Below, piece by piece: positions 37,876 to 47,435 of a DNA stretch of 57,540 nt (positions are counted from its first letter, which is position 1; each line of letters begins with the position of its first letter). A model generated the notes under the pieces. That model had not been told where the DNA came from. It saw nothing but the letters and a program-made list of their open reading frames with translations, and ran no database searches. Source of the DNA: Clostridia bacterium (GTDB lineage Bacteria; Bacillota; Clostridia; Christensenellales; CAG-138); assembly GCA_017616435.1 (NCBI GenBank), contig JAFZYC010000045.1:1-57540 (forward strand), given 5' to 3'. The position numbers and the translations under genes are program-made.

Positions 37876-38877
37876 TCAAGGCGTCGTCCTGCGCTCTTTC
37901 AGCCAAAGCACGGTATCGCGTATGCTGTCGGCGACCTGCCGCGGAGAGAAGCCGAACGCGGAAGCGGCGGCCCTGCGGCTGAAAAGGCTGTTGGAGCCGA
38001 GCACTGCGACGGAATAAGGGGTGAAATAGAGAGGCTTTTTCTTGCGGAGGCTCCGTTTTTCATATAGCGGAGCCGCGAGCTTTGCCAGGGCTATCGGCAG
38101 ATAGATCACGCGGCGCTTGATATCGAGCGTTCGCTTTGCCGCCTCGAGTATTTCGGCGATACTTGCGTAATGCCCGGAGAGTATGTAGCCGCGTCCCTTT
38201 TCGCCATGCTCGGAACAGGCGACAACTCCCGCCGCGGCGTCGCGCACGTCCACGAAATCATAGCCGCCCTTGACAGCAAACGGGAGCTTGCCCGCTATAA
38301 ACGGCAGGAGCAGATTCGTTATGCTCCCATTGCCTGCGTCGCCCGGGCCGATTATGCCCGAAGGGAACACCACGGAAGCGTTGAGGCCCTTTGAGGAAGC
38401 TTTGAACACGAGCGACGTCGCCATCGCCTTGCTCTTGGCGTAATGCCCTTTAACGAGATCCGGAGAGAACACGGCGTCCTCGGTCATCTCAACGCCCTTG
38501 GGCTTCTCGGGTATGGCGTGAACGGAGCTGACATAAACCAGCTTCCCGACTCCCATCCTTCTGCAGTAACGGATGATATTGTTCGTTCCGCCGACGTTGA
38601 CTCGGTAGATGCTCCTCCCCGGATGGGAAGCGACCGAAACTATCCCCGCACAGTGTATGACGCAAGTATCCTCATTCGCACCTGCAAATAAACGTTCGAG
38701 CGAGGAGTCTCTGCAAATGTCGCCGTGAACGATCTCTATCCCGGGAGGCAATTCCGATTCAAGGGGATCGCTCCATATGACAAGGGCGCGTATGTATGCT
38801 CCCTTCCCGATAAGCTCATTCAGCACCGCGCGGCCTAAAAAGCCGGTCGCGCCGGTAACGAGATACTTTCCGAACAT
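37876..38877 (-). CDS. NAD-dependent epimerase/dehydratase (dihydroflavonol-reductase-like SDR)
   Basis: TGATGFLG, IHCAGIVS, YVSSVHA, YAKSK and FVDVRD motifs. Confidence 0.9.
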   Translation of the reverse strand: MFGKYLVTGATGFLGRAVLNELIGKGAYIRALVIWSDPLESELPPGIEIVHGDICRDSSLERLFAGANEDTCVIHCAGIVSVASHPGRSIYRVNVGGTNNIIRYCRRMGVGKLVYVSSVHAIPEKPKGVEMTEDAVFSPDLVKGHYAKSKAMATSLVFKASSKGLNASVVFPSGIIGPGDAGNGSITNLLLPFIAGKLPFAVKGGYDFVDVRDAAAGVVACSEHGEKGRGYILSGHYASIAEILEAAKRTLDIKRRVIYLPIALAKLAAPLYEKRSLRKKKPLYFTPYSVAVLGSNSLFSRRAAASAFGFSPRQVADSIRDTVLWLKERRTTP

Positions 38878-39037
38878 ACCCCTTTCCTCCTTTTATCCGC
38901 ACAGGTGTTGATTATCTTTCACGATTCAAGTATAATCGATATGCACCCGCGGGGCAACCGACAATGTTCGGGCGTAAGAAAGAAAAGCAACACAAGCCTC
39001 CGCCGTGTTGCCGAAACTATAAAAAAGAGGTAATGCC

Positions 39038-39583
39038 ATGAGTAAGACCGACGCGAGAGTGCGCTACACAAGGCGCGTGATAAAGGAATCGTTCCTCTCC
39101 CTGCTGCGTGAAAAGCCCGTCAACAAGATCACCGTCAAGGAGGTATGCGAGGCGGCTGAGATCAACCGCGCGACCTTCTATTCCCATTACAGCGACTGCT
39201 TCGCGCTGATGGAGAGCATAGAGCAGGAGATACTCGACGCGTTCGCGAGGTCGCTCAGCAGGATAGGCGTGTTCGACGTGAGCTCGCTCGTCGAGGCGAT
39301 CTATGAAATGGTCGAGCAACATGGAGATGCCTGCCGTGTGCTGATATTCGGCGGCGCGAGCCCTACTGTGCTTTCGAGGATGATCGCTCTCGCAAGGGAG
39401 CCGGGGATAGCGGCATGGAAGCGGCAGCTCAACGCTACGGACGCCGAGCTTGAGATGCTCTTTACACACCTTTCCAACGGGCTAATGCACGTCGTCGTCG
39501 AGGGCTACGATAAGTACCCACGCGAGGAGGTCGTTTCGTTCATCGACCGGATAGTCAGGAGCAGTCTCGCGCTGTTCAGGTGA
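39038..39583 (+). CDS. TetR-family transcriptional regulator
   Basis: DARVRYTRRVIKESF...ITVKEVCEAAEINRATFYSHY; divergent from the SDR gene. Confidence 0.92.
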   Translation: MSKTDARVRYTRRVIKESFLSLLREKPVNKITVKEVCEAAEINRATFYSHYSDCFALMESIEQEILDAFARSLSRIGVFDVSSLVEAIYEMVEQHGDACRVLIFGGASPTVLSRMIALAREPGIAAWKRQLNATDAELEMLFTHLSNGLMHVVVEGYDKYPREEVVSFIDRIVRSSLALFR

Positions 39584-39919
39584 GTGCGGCGAGGTGTGCT
39601 TTGTTCACGCTTGAGAAAACATTGAAAAACCATGCTGAGAAACGCAGCTTGATCGGTTTTTATATGACCTCGCAGAGCCGCATATTGAACGAGTTCGAGC
39701 GAACTATTGATGGATGTTATTCGTCAAAAACGCTTGCGAGTCACCGATCACGACCGGTCGTTAGGCAGGGAATGAGCTAAAGAGGATCGCGATAAGAACA
39801 TTATCTAATAATTTTATTTGCATAAAATATCTCGATAGTCTTGACAAGCATCTTTTTTGCCGCTAATATCAAATATAAGCAAAGCGGAGCGGGGCAGAAT
39901 GCCCCGAAAGGAGACGTAT

Positions 39920-41398
39920 ATGAGAAGAGCATTGGCATTATTGCTTCCTATCTTGATGATGACGGCGTTCCTTACGGTTTTTCATCCGGCCTCGGCTGTA
40001 TCCGCGGAGACGGATCCGGGCAAGCAGACGGAAGCGCTTTTGACCTTCAGCCGGGAGCTCAACGAGATGGTAGGAGAATATGCGCCGAAGGCTGAAAAAA
40101 GCGATGATCCTTATGGGACCGCAAGGCTGATAGTCAAATGCGGCGCGGCACCGGACCTAAGCGACGCCGTGGCATACGTTTACGGGTGCGGGCGTTACGT
40201 GATACAGTATTCATCGCCCAACGAGGCACGAAAGGCAGCGGAAAGGCTCCGGCTTCTCGATACGGTGGAATACGCTGTGCCGGACGCGATAGTATCCGTA
40301 AGCGAGCTCTCCGCTGTAAATGCCGCGCCTATGCAGGAGCCGAATGTCGACAGCTTCCATTCATGGGGCTACGGCGCCGACTATATCGACGCATATGCCT
40401 TCAATGAATGGCTGCTCGAGCAGGCAGGCGGCGACGTGAACGCTCTGCCCGAGATCATCGTCGCCGTCATCGATACGGGGCTTGAAACGGGCCTGCCGTA
40501 TTTCAGCGGCAGGACAGTCCCGGGTTATGATTTTGCGGACAACGATAACGACGTCACCGGCGGTTTCTTCCACGGCACACACGTTGCGGGAACGGTCGTG
40601 GACGGCACTCTTCCGAACGTCAGGATCATGCCTCTTAAGTGTACGGACGATTACGGAAGTGCGATAACCTCAAACATAATCAACTGTATGCAGTACGCCT
40701 ATCTGCACGGCGCACAGGTCGCGAATGTCAGCATCGGCGGGTATTATCCCGAGACCTTTGACGCCTATACGAGCGTCATCAACGCCGGCAGCGACGCGGG
40801 GACCGTCTACTGCGTCGCCTCCGGCAACGACGGCACGAATGTTGGCTATTGCTATCCGGCGTGCATCGAGCGCGCATTCACCGTCGCCGCACATGATCGG
40901 AATTTCAATATGTGGTCCGGTTCCAACATCGGGAACTCCGTGGATATCACCGCTCCGGGCGTCGATATCGTCAGCGCTATGCCGAACGGCAGCTTCCAGG
41001 CTCAGACCGGAACGAGCATGGCCGCTCCCCATGCTGCGGCCGCCTGCGCAATGCTGAAAAGCCTTGATCCCGATTTGAGCGCGGATGAAGTAATGGATAT
41101 GCTGCGGTCCGCGGCCGTGGATCATGGACTTTCGGGAGGCGGCGCGGGTATACTCAGCATGACCGCGCTTATCGGAGGGACAGAGCCTCCTCCCACACCG
41201 CCGCCGCAGATACTCCCGGGCGACGTGAACTGCGACGGCATCGTCGACTCTGTGGATGCGCTCATGGCCCTTCGCTGTGCAATGGGGATCGTTCAGCTCG
41301 AAGGCGATGCGCTCATAGCCGGAGATATAGACGGCAATGGCCTGATCGAATCGATTGATGCGCTGATCATCCTCAGGCGCGCGATGGGGTTAGCTTAG
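39920..41398 (+). CDS. Secreted subtilisin-like S8 peptidase with a C-terminal dockerin
   Basis: Catalytic triad in VIDTG, HGTHVAG and GTSMAAP; dockerin GDVNCDGIVDSVDAL...GDIDGNGLIESIDAL. Confidence 0.9.
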   Translation: MRRALALLLPILMMTAFLTVFHPASAVSAETDPGKQTEALLTFSRELNEMVGEYAPKAEKSDDPYGTARLIVKCGAAPDLSDAVAYVYGCGRYVIQYSSPNEARKAAERLRLLDTVEYAVPDAIVSVSELSAVNAAPMQEPNVDSFHSWGYGADYIDAYAFNEWLLEQAGGDVNALPEIIVAVIDTGLETGLPYFSGRTVPGYDFADNDNDVTGGFFHGTHVAGTVVDGTLPNVRIMPLKCTDDYGSAITSNIINCMQYAYLHGAQVANVSIGGYYPETFDAYTSVINAGSDAGTVYCVASGNDGTNVGYCYPACIERAFTVAAHDRNFNMWSGSNIGNSVDITAPGVDIVSAMPNGSFQAQTGTSMAAPHAAAACAMLKSLDPDLSADEVMDMLRSAAVDHGLSGGGAGILSMTALIGGTEPPPTPPPQILPGDVNCDGIVDSVDALMALRCAMGIVQLEGDALIAGDIDGNGLIESIDALIILRRAMGLA

Positions 41399-41547
41399 TT
41401 TGCATTGAACCGCCCTGTCAACAAAAATGCCGCTGAGGGGGCATTCACTTAAGGAGACATAGGTTTTCTGCGTCGAAAAGCCGTTAAATCACAACAAAAA
41501 ACCGAGAGCACGGAAAATCGTTCTCTCGGTTTTGTTTTTGCCGCAAA

Positions 41548-42696
41548 TCAGTCATCAGTGCCCTTTTTGACCGGCTTCTGCACACCTATGCCGAAGAACG
41601 AGTCAAAGTTCTTTCTGAGGGCGAGCAGTTCCTGCGTATTGGCCTTGAAATAACTCTTTCCGCCTTCGAAGTAGCTCTCGGCCAATCCGCTCATAACGAG
41701 CTTCGTCATATGGTAGGAGACCGTAGGCGCGGTCACGGAGAACGCCTCCGCAAGCTCGAGCCCGTACATCGGGCGGCGGCTTATCGCCTGCAGCATTTCG
41801 AGACGCGTTTCATCGGAAAGCAGTTTGAACACGGCCGCCAGACGGTCGCTGTCTTTTCCGGCGTAAAGCAGCCCCGCAAGGTCGTTCACACCGACGCCGA
41901 GATATACGTCCATATTGCCGAAAACTCCGTCGCGGATATTGACGGTATGCGGCGCGAGGATACTGAGATGCAGGATATGCTTCTCGGACTTGCTCAGCTT
42001 GAAATTGTGCTTTTTCAGCATATAGGCGGAAAGATCCTTCTCCGCCGCAAGCGCTTCAAGCTGCTTCTCCGCCGCGCTTTCGTAAACCTCTTCGCTGTCT
42101 TTAATGATGCCGACTGCGGGGGCGAGTATCTTTGCCAGTCTGTCGATATGCGCGTCGAAATTCATATAGAGCTCAATAAGCTTTATTCGCGTGAGAGAAT
42201 TGATCCCGCTGCGGCTGATCATGTCGGTGATCAGTCCGGGCTCGCCCGCCCTGTCAACGAGCTTTGGCGCTTCGGTATCCTCAAGGTCGAACAAATAGCT
42301 CAGGAAAAGCATGTCCCGTTCCTTCGCGGAAAGCGAGTGCCTGCGGCGTACCATTTCGTCAAGGTCGTTTTCCTTTTCTCCAAGGCCCGCGCGGTAGCCG
42401 AGAAGGAGCCATGCGGCGTTCGAGAGAGGCTGCTTTTCACCGCCGATGGACTTGTCCAGACCGAAAAGGAGCTCGCTTTCCGGATCGAGTTCCGGTATGC
42501 CGAGATCGAGTCTGCGCTCCAGCTCCACCGATGGCATCAGCACGTGCTCGATCTGCGCGCCGATGTTCGCGTGCGTTTTCAAAAGCTTTGCCGAATACTC
42601 GGCATTGGTCTGCTTTTCGATCCTGTTTGTGAAATAGACGATCGCATCGTCGACCGGATAATAATGTTTCAGCATCCTTTTTTCGTTTTGCTGCAT
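41548..42696 (-). CDS. ArsR/SmtB-family regulator with a C-terminal HTH
   Basis: FKLLSDETRLEML...LELAEAFSVTAPTVSYHMTKL. Start codon is uncertain. Confidence 0.8.
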   Translation of the reverse strand: MQQNEKRMLKHYYPVDDAIVYFTNRIEKQTNAEYSAKLLKTHANIGAQIEHVLMPSVELERRLDLGIPELDPESELLFGLDKSIGGEKQPLSNAAWLLLGYRAGLGEKENDLDEMVRRRHSLSAKERDMLFLSYLFDLEDTEAPKLVDRAGEPGLITDMISRSGINSLTRIKLIELYMNFDAHIDRLAKILAPAVGIIKDSEEVYESAAEKQLEALAAEKDLSAYMLKKHNFKLSKSEKHILHLSILAPHTVNIRDGVFGNMDVYLGVGVNDLAGLLYAGKDSDRLAAVFKLLSDETRLEMLQAISRRPMYGLELAEAFSVTAPTVSYHMTKLVMSGLAESYFEGGKSYFKANTQELLALRKNFDSFFGIGVQKPVKKGTDD

Positions 42697-42913
42697 TGCA
42701 GCGGTTCGTTTGTTGTGGGGATAGACAGCTTTCGTCCCCTGCTTAGATCCGCCATTAAAATAACATATTTGCCCTGCGCTGTCAACTTTAGCCAACATTT
42801 TTTGAAAACATTCAAATATGTATTGTATTTGCAAACCCCGTATGATATAATCCGCCTAGGTGTATTAGATAAGTATCTAAACCATTATACATGAATAAAA
42901 AAGGAGGCAAATT

Positions 42914-45900
42914 ATGAAAAAGTATTTACAGGTATTGCTTGCTCTTATGCTCCTGCTGACTTCGGTACTGCCTTCTGTAGGGTACGCCGAAAGGCCTTAT
43001 CAGGCAGAAGAAGTCCATAGGGCAACAGCAGGGGAGGCCGCGCTTCCGCAGGCAGCGGATCCGAATGAGATCGTAACGATAATGGTCAAGCTCGAAGCTT
43101 CACCGGTTTTGGAAACCGCCCACATCGGGGAAATGAAGTCTGCCGAGGCTTCCAAAGCGCTTTTTGCCGCGCAGGATAAGGTGATCTCCGCTATCAGACG
43201 TGAAATGCTGAACGGCGAACCGCTTGAGCCCGCTTTCCGATACAGCCTCCTGTTCAACGGCTTTGCGTTCCGCGGCGAATACCGTCTTATCGAAAGGATC
43301 AAGGCGCTCCCCGGAGTCGCGGACTGCTACCGTTCCAACGTTTATTCGCTGCCGCGCGAAGTCGGAAAGGTCGACGAGCCCACAAGGCTCGCAACCTCCG
43401 TCGGCTATATAAACGCGGACGATCTCTGGGCGCTCGGCTACTCCGGCCAGGGGATGACGATCGCCGTTATCGACACAGGGATAAAGAAGGATCATCCGAA
43501 CTTTGCTTTGGCTCCGGACAGCCCGCATTTCAACGCGGCGTTGCTGCAAAGCATATTGGATCAATACGATCTGTGCGCGGAGCAGAGGTATACCGGCGGT
43601 ACGCTCACCGGAGCGGCACTATACCAAAGCGCGAAGATCCCGTTCACTTTTAACTATTATACCGGCGGTACGAATGTCGATCACTCGACCGCGCAGTCCG
43701 ACCACGGCACGCACGTCAGCTCGATCTGCGCCGGCAACGATACGCATGCGCGCGGAGTCGCTTATAACGCCCAGATACTCTCGATGCAGGTCTTCCACGG
43801 TGAGGAGGCTGAATGGGCAGAGGTCCTTGCGGCGCTTGAGGACTGTGCTTATCTGCGAGTGGATTCCGTAAACATGAGCCTCGGCGCAGACGGAGGCTTC
43901 ACGGAAGGCGACGCGGATATGGAACATGCCTGTGATCTTTTGATCGCGCAGGGCGTCAACCTCGCGTGCGCTGCCGGAAACAGCGTCTTCTGCGGTGCGG
44001 GCAATAATCTCGGCGGCTATATGCCCACATTTGATATCGACAACGGCCTTGTATCCACGCCGAGCACCCTTTCAGCCGCTCTATCCGTTGCAGCGAGCCT
44101 CAACAATGCCTCCGCTGCACCCGCTGTGGATTATTCAAGCTGGGGCACTACCTCGGACCTCGCCATAAAGCCGGAGATAATGGCGCCGGGGGATAACATC
44201 ACCGCTGCGACAGATTCGAATTATTCGGGCGACTCCTATAGTTCCTACAGCGGAACGAGCATGGCTTCCCCGCACATCGCGGGCAGCATGGCGCTGATCC
44301 GCCAATACGTCAATTCCGCGTTCCCCGATCTTTCCGAGGTGCAGAAGATGAATATGGTCAACACGCTTCTGATGAACACTGCCGTCCCGTCGAGAACGAA
44401 CGGCGTGCTTTGGTCCCCGCGTCTTCAGGGCGCAGGCCAGGCTGACCTCGCGGCGGCGGTAACTACAAAGGCGTATATAGAGGTCGCGGGTTCCGTGCGT
44501 CCAAAGCTCGAGCTTGGTGATGATGACGCGCGCAGCGGCATTTTTACCCTCAGATTCGATATCGTGAACTTCGGGAACACTGCCCTCACCTATACGGTGG
44601 GTGCTAACGTTCTCATCGAAGGCACCTCGCCGACCTCGGTGAACGGCGTCAACGCATACTTTATGACCGGCTCACCGCAGGATATCACATCGAGCGTCAC
44701 GGTATCGAAGCCCTCGTCCGTTACCGTTCCCGCAAACGGCAGGACGACCGTGACCGTTACCGTCAACGTCAACCCGTACAGGGAACAGCTCAACGAGAGA
44801 TTCCCTCTCGGCGCGTATATCGAAGGCTTTATACGTCTCGATGGGACCGTTGATCTCGGAATACCGTTCCTGGGCTTTTACGGGGATTGGGAGTATCCCG
44901 CCGTTCTTGACCGCGGATATTACTACGACCAATATCTCGGCTCCTCTCAGTATCCCGCGACATGGGGAACAAACGCCGCAGGTTCGAAAACCGGTTCTAA
45001 TACATACGTGAAGTTCGGCGAAAATCCCTTTGGCGCAACTGATAATTTCAGTTTGGACCGTGCGTCTGTCAGCCCGAACGGCGACGGCAAAATGGATAAG
45101 ATCGACGTTGCGATAACCTATCTCCTTCGCGGCTGTGAATATTTCCGCTATGAGATCGTGAACGCGAATACCGGTGAAGTGTATTACCGCAAGGATATCC
45201 CGTGGATGGAGAAGATGATGGAGAACAGCCTCTTTTTCCAAAGCCAGCCTATCGGCGTTCGCGAAGGGACCGTGATCGATCCATGGAACGGCACGGCGCT
45301 GCCCGAGGGTACGACAGTCAAGCTGCGCATGATCGGATATCTCCATTCGTATGACAAGCCTTTTAATGTTGAAGCAAACGAGAACGCTTATTGGGAGATC
45401 CCTGTAACGATCGACAAGACTGCTCCGACGATCCGTTACTGGGAGCTTCGAAACGGTCAGCTTGTGCTGCACGTTCAGGATAACCACTATACCGCTTATG
45501 TCGGCGTTTATGCGGATGCAGCCTGCACCCAGCTAATTTCGGAAAAGACCGTTGCCGAGAACAACCGCGGGGCTCTCAGCATGCTCGCCTTCAACGTCGG
45601 GAACCGCCAAACCGTCTACGTCAAGGTCGGAGACTATGCTCATAACGTCCGAACGCAAACGATCAGCCAGGGCTCCGGCGGTACGCTCGATCCGGTACAG
45701 CTGAACGGTATCGGCTTCGAGCCGAACAGCATCACGGTTTACGAAGGCTCGTCGGCGAACATCGATCTCGTCCGTCAGCCCGCAGGCGCAAACAACTATG
45801 ACGTCGTCTATACAAGCTCAAACAGCTCCGTGGCGGCTGTTTCGGGCACGATGTTCGACCTGACCGTTTCCGGCGTCCAACATGGCACGGCAACGGTCAC

Positions 45901-46606
45901 AGCGCGGGCGACCGACCGGGCGACCGGCCAAACTTTCACAGCGACGCTGAACGTCCTCGTCAAAGGCGCCCCGGATCTTAACGACGCCCTGAACGTTGAG
46001 GGAGGGACATTGAGCTTTACCTCATCGGGCACGTATCCCTGGGTCGTCGATATGGAAAGCTATCCGGGACGTGTCGCGGCACGATCGACGAATGCCGGTC
46101 ACGACTCTACCGTAAGCACTGTATCGCTTTCGAATCTGCACATGGATCAGGGCGACGTACTGAGCTTCGATTGGTACGTCAGCTGCGAAACGGGCTTTGA
46201 CTACCTGCGGTTTTATGTTAACGGCAGCGAGATCACATACCTTACCGGTTCTGATACCGGCTGGCTCAGCTATTCATTCACTGCGCAGGCGGCAGGCAAT
46301 TACAGCTTCACATGGAAATATGATAAGGACCTGATGATCGCCGACGGTATGGACTGCGCGTGGCTGGACGACGTGAAGCTCACCCCGGCGGGCGAGACGC
46401 CGCCCGCGTACACATTGGGCGACGTAGATAACAACGGAGCAGTTGACTCTGCCGATGCGCTCCTAACGCTTCGCTACTCCATGGGCCTCACGTCGCTCTC
46501 CGATCATGCACTTGCTGCAGCAGACGTCGACGGCAACGGAACGGTCGACTCTGCAGATGCGCTCACTATCCTCCGATATGCCATGGGATTGATCAGCGGG
46601 TTCTAA
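42914..46606 (+). CDS. Large secreted S8 peptidase (C5a peptidase/lactocepin-like) with I9 prodomain, Fn3-like and Ig-like domains, and a dockerin
   Basis: LLFNGFA (I9), VIDTG, HGTHVS, KPEIMAPG, GTSMASPH, SPRLQGAG and SPNGDG; dockerin GDVDNNGAVDSADAL. Confidence 0.9.
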   Translation: MKKYLQVLLALMLLLTSVLPSVGYAERPYQAEEVHRATAGEAALPQAADPNEIVTIMVKLEASPVLETAHIGEMKSAEASKALFAAQDKVISAIRREMLNGEPLEPAFRYSLLFNGFAFRGEYRLIERIKALPGVADCYRSNVYSLPREVGKVDEPTRLATSVGYINADDLWALGYSGQGMTIAVIDTGIKKDHPNFALAPDSPHFNAALLQSILDQYDLCAEQRYTGGTLTGAALYQSAKIPFTFNYYTGGTNVDHSTAQSDHGTHVSSICAGNDTHARGVAYNAQILSMQVFHGEEAEWAEVLAALEDCAYLRVDSVNMSLGADGGFTEGDADMEHACDLLIAQGVNLACAAGNSVFCGAGNNLGGYMPTFDIDNGLVSTPSTLSAALSVAASLNNASAAPAVDYSSWGTTSDLAIKPEIMAPGDNITAATDSNYSGDSYSSYSGTSMASPHIAGSMALIRQYVNSAFPDLSEVQKMNMVNTLLMNTAVPSRTNGVLWSPRLQGAGQADLAAAVTTKAYIEVAGSVRPKLELGDDDARSGIFTLRFDIVNFGNTALTYTVGANVLIEGTSPTSVNGVNAYFMTGSPQDITSSVTVSKPSSVTVPANGRTTVTVTVNVNPYREQLNERFPLGAYIEGFIRLDGTVDLGIPFLGFYGDWEYPAVLDRGYYYDQYLGSSQYPATWGTNAAGSKTGSNTYVKFGENPFGATDNFSLDRASVSPNGDGKMDKIDVAITYLLRGCEYFRYEIVNANTGEVYYRKDIPWMEKMMENSLFFQSQPIGVREGTVIDPWNGTALPEGTTVKLRMIGYLHSYDKPFNVEANENAYWEIPVTIDKTAPTIRYWELRNGQLVLHVQDNHYTAYVGVYADAACTQLISEKTVAENNRGALSMLAFNVGNRQTVYVKVGDYAHNVRTQTISQGSGGTLDPVQLNGIGFEPNSITVYEGSSANIDLVRQPAGANNYDVVYTSSNSSVAAVSGTMFDLTVSGVQHGTATVTARATDRATGQTFTATLNVLVKGAPDLNDALNVEGGTLSFTSSGTYPWVVDMESYPGRVAARSTNAGHDSTVSTVSLSNLHMDQGDVLSFDWYVSCETGFDYLRFYVNGSEITYLTGSDTGWLSYSFTAQAAGNYSFTWKYDKDLMIADGMDCAWLDDVKLTPAGETPPAYTLGDVDNNGAVDSADALLTLRYSMGLTSLSDHALAAADVDGNGTVDSADALTILRYAMGLISGF

Positions 46607-46641
46607 CTTAGGCCCCATCGATCCTTTTCCCTCCTTAATAG

Positions 46642-46680
46642 AAGCCCAAAGCCCTGCCAGCCGGCGGGGCTTTGGGCTTT
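46642..46680 (+). terminator. Rho-independent terminator
   Basis: AAGCCCAAAGCCCTGCC-agc-CGGCGGGGCTTTGGGCTTT followed by Ts. Confidence 0.75.
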
Positions 46681-46802
46681 TGAGAAAAAGCCGTCGAAAG
46701 GATCAATGTCCAAATTGTATCAGTTGATATAGACATTTATAGCAGAGCTAATAATATCTGATCGTGATTAAGTAAAACACGATTCCGCTGCTGTTCCCTA
46801 AC

Positions 46803-46880
46803 TTCAGTATTGAAGAGTTGGAAGACAGCATCGATTGTTATATCGATTACTATAACAATGAGCGACTTCGGAATACATGA
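46803..46880 (+). pseudogene. IS3-family transposase C-terminal fragment
   Basis: Translates as FSIEELEDSIDCYIDYYNNERLR, the YIxYYNxxR end of the IS3 integrase core. Confidence 0.65.
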
Positions 46881-47066
46881 TACCATAGGCACTTTTTAGG
46901 GTGCCGGAATGCCAAAAAACGAGTCGCAAAACCACAGATTTCCAACACACTTATTAGCTTAGATGGGGAGAAACCGCACATAATGAACGAAACGAGGGGC
47001 TGAAAAGTGCTGCGTAGAATTGAAAAATCCTTGATTTTATTAGATTTTTTGCTTCTTGATTATGTT

Positions 47067-47112
47067 GCTACGGACCAGAAGGTCGGGGGTTCGAATCCCT
47101 CAGGGCGCGCCA
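47067..47112 (+). tRNA. 3' half of tRNA-Arg(ACG), from the anticodon loop to CCA; non-functional att-site duplication
   Basis: GCTACGGACCAGAAGGTCGGGGGTTCGAATCCCTCAGGGCGCGCCA. The upstream bases give no D-arm, no acceptor 5' strand and no TCTGG stem. Confidence 0.85.
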
Positions 47113-47149
47113 CGAAAAAGGAGAGTTGCTTTGCAACTCTCCTTTTTCG
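47113..47149 (+). terminator. Terminator of the original tRNA locus
   Basis: CGAAAAAGGAGAGTTGC-ttt-GCAACTCTCCTTTTTCG. Confidence 0.85.
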
Positions 47150-47164
47150 TCACTCGACATAGTA

Positions 47165-47415
47165 TTTGAACCCCGAGAAATCGCTTGCGATTTCTCTTGG
47201 GTTTCGCTCAAAAAGCAGGCTTGACTTAAAGAAATTGCGAAACCGGGGTTCAGAATCCATGAGGGATCGAACCCCGAAAGGGCGAAAAGCGTGAAAAAAG
47301 CCACTTAACGTGGCTTTTTTAGCTTTTCGCCGAGGAAGCAAGCGTCATGCGCTTCCGAGGAGAATCCCTCGAGACGCGCCTTTTAAAAACCGAGGAGGGC
47401 CGATCGCCCTCCTCT
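47165..47415. repeat. Multi-hairpin palindromic intergenic element (REP/MITE-like)
   Basis: Nested inverted repeats GAGAAATCGC/GCGATTTCTC, GCGAAAAGC..AAAAAAGCCAC/GTGGCTTTTTT..GCTTTTCGC, GAGGGAT/ATCCCTC and GAGGAGGGC/GCCCTCCTC. Confidence 0.55.
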
Positions 47416-47435
47416 TTCATTCTCCTTATCTCCCC

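Noticed and set aside
41710-42894. 394-aa plus-strand ORF (and similar long ORFs at 25639, 47766, 51507, 53343 and 54891)
   Set aside because: These are antisense shadows of well-supported genes, common in GC-rich coding DNA, and have no motifs of their own.
47040-47112. Complete tRNA-Arg gene
   Set aside because: The 5' acceptor strand, D-arm and 5' anticodon stem are missing; only the 3' half is present.
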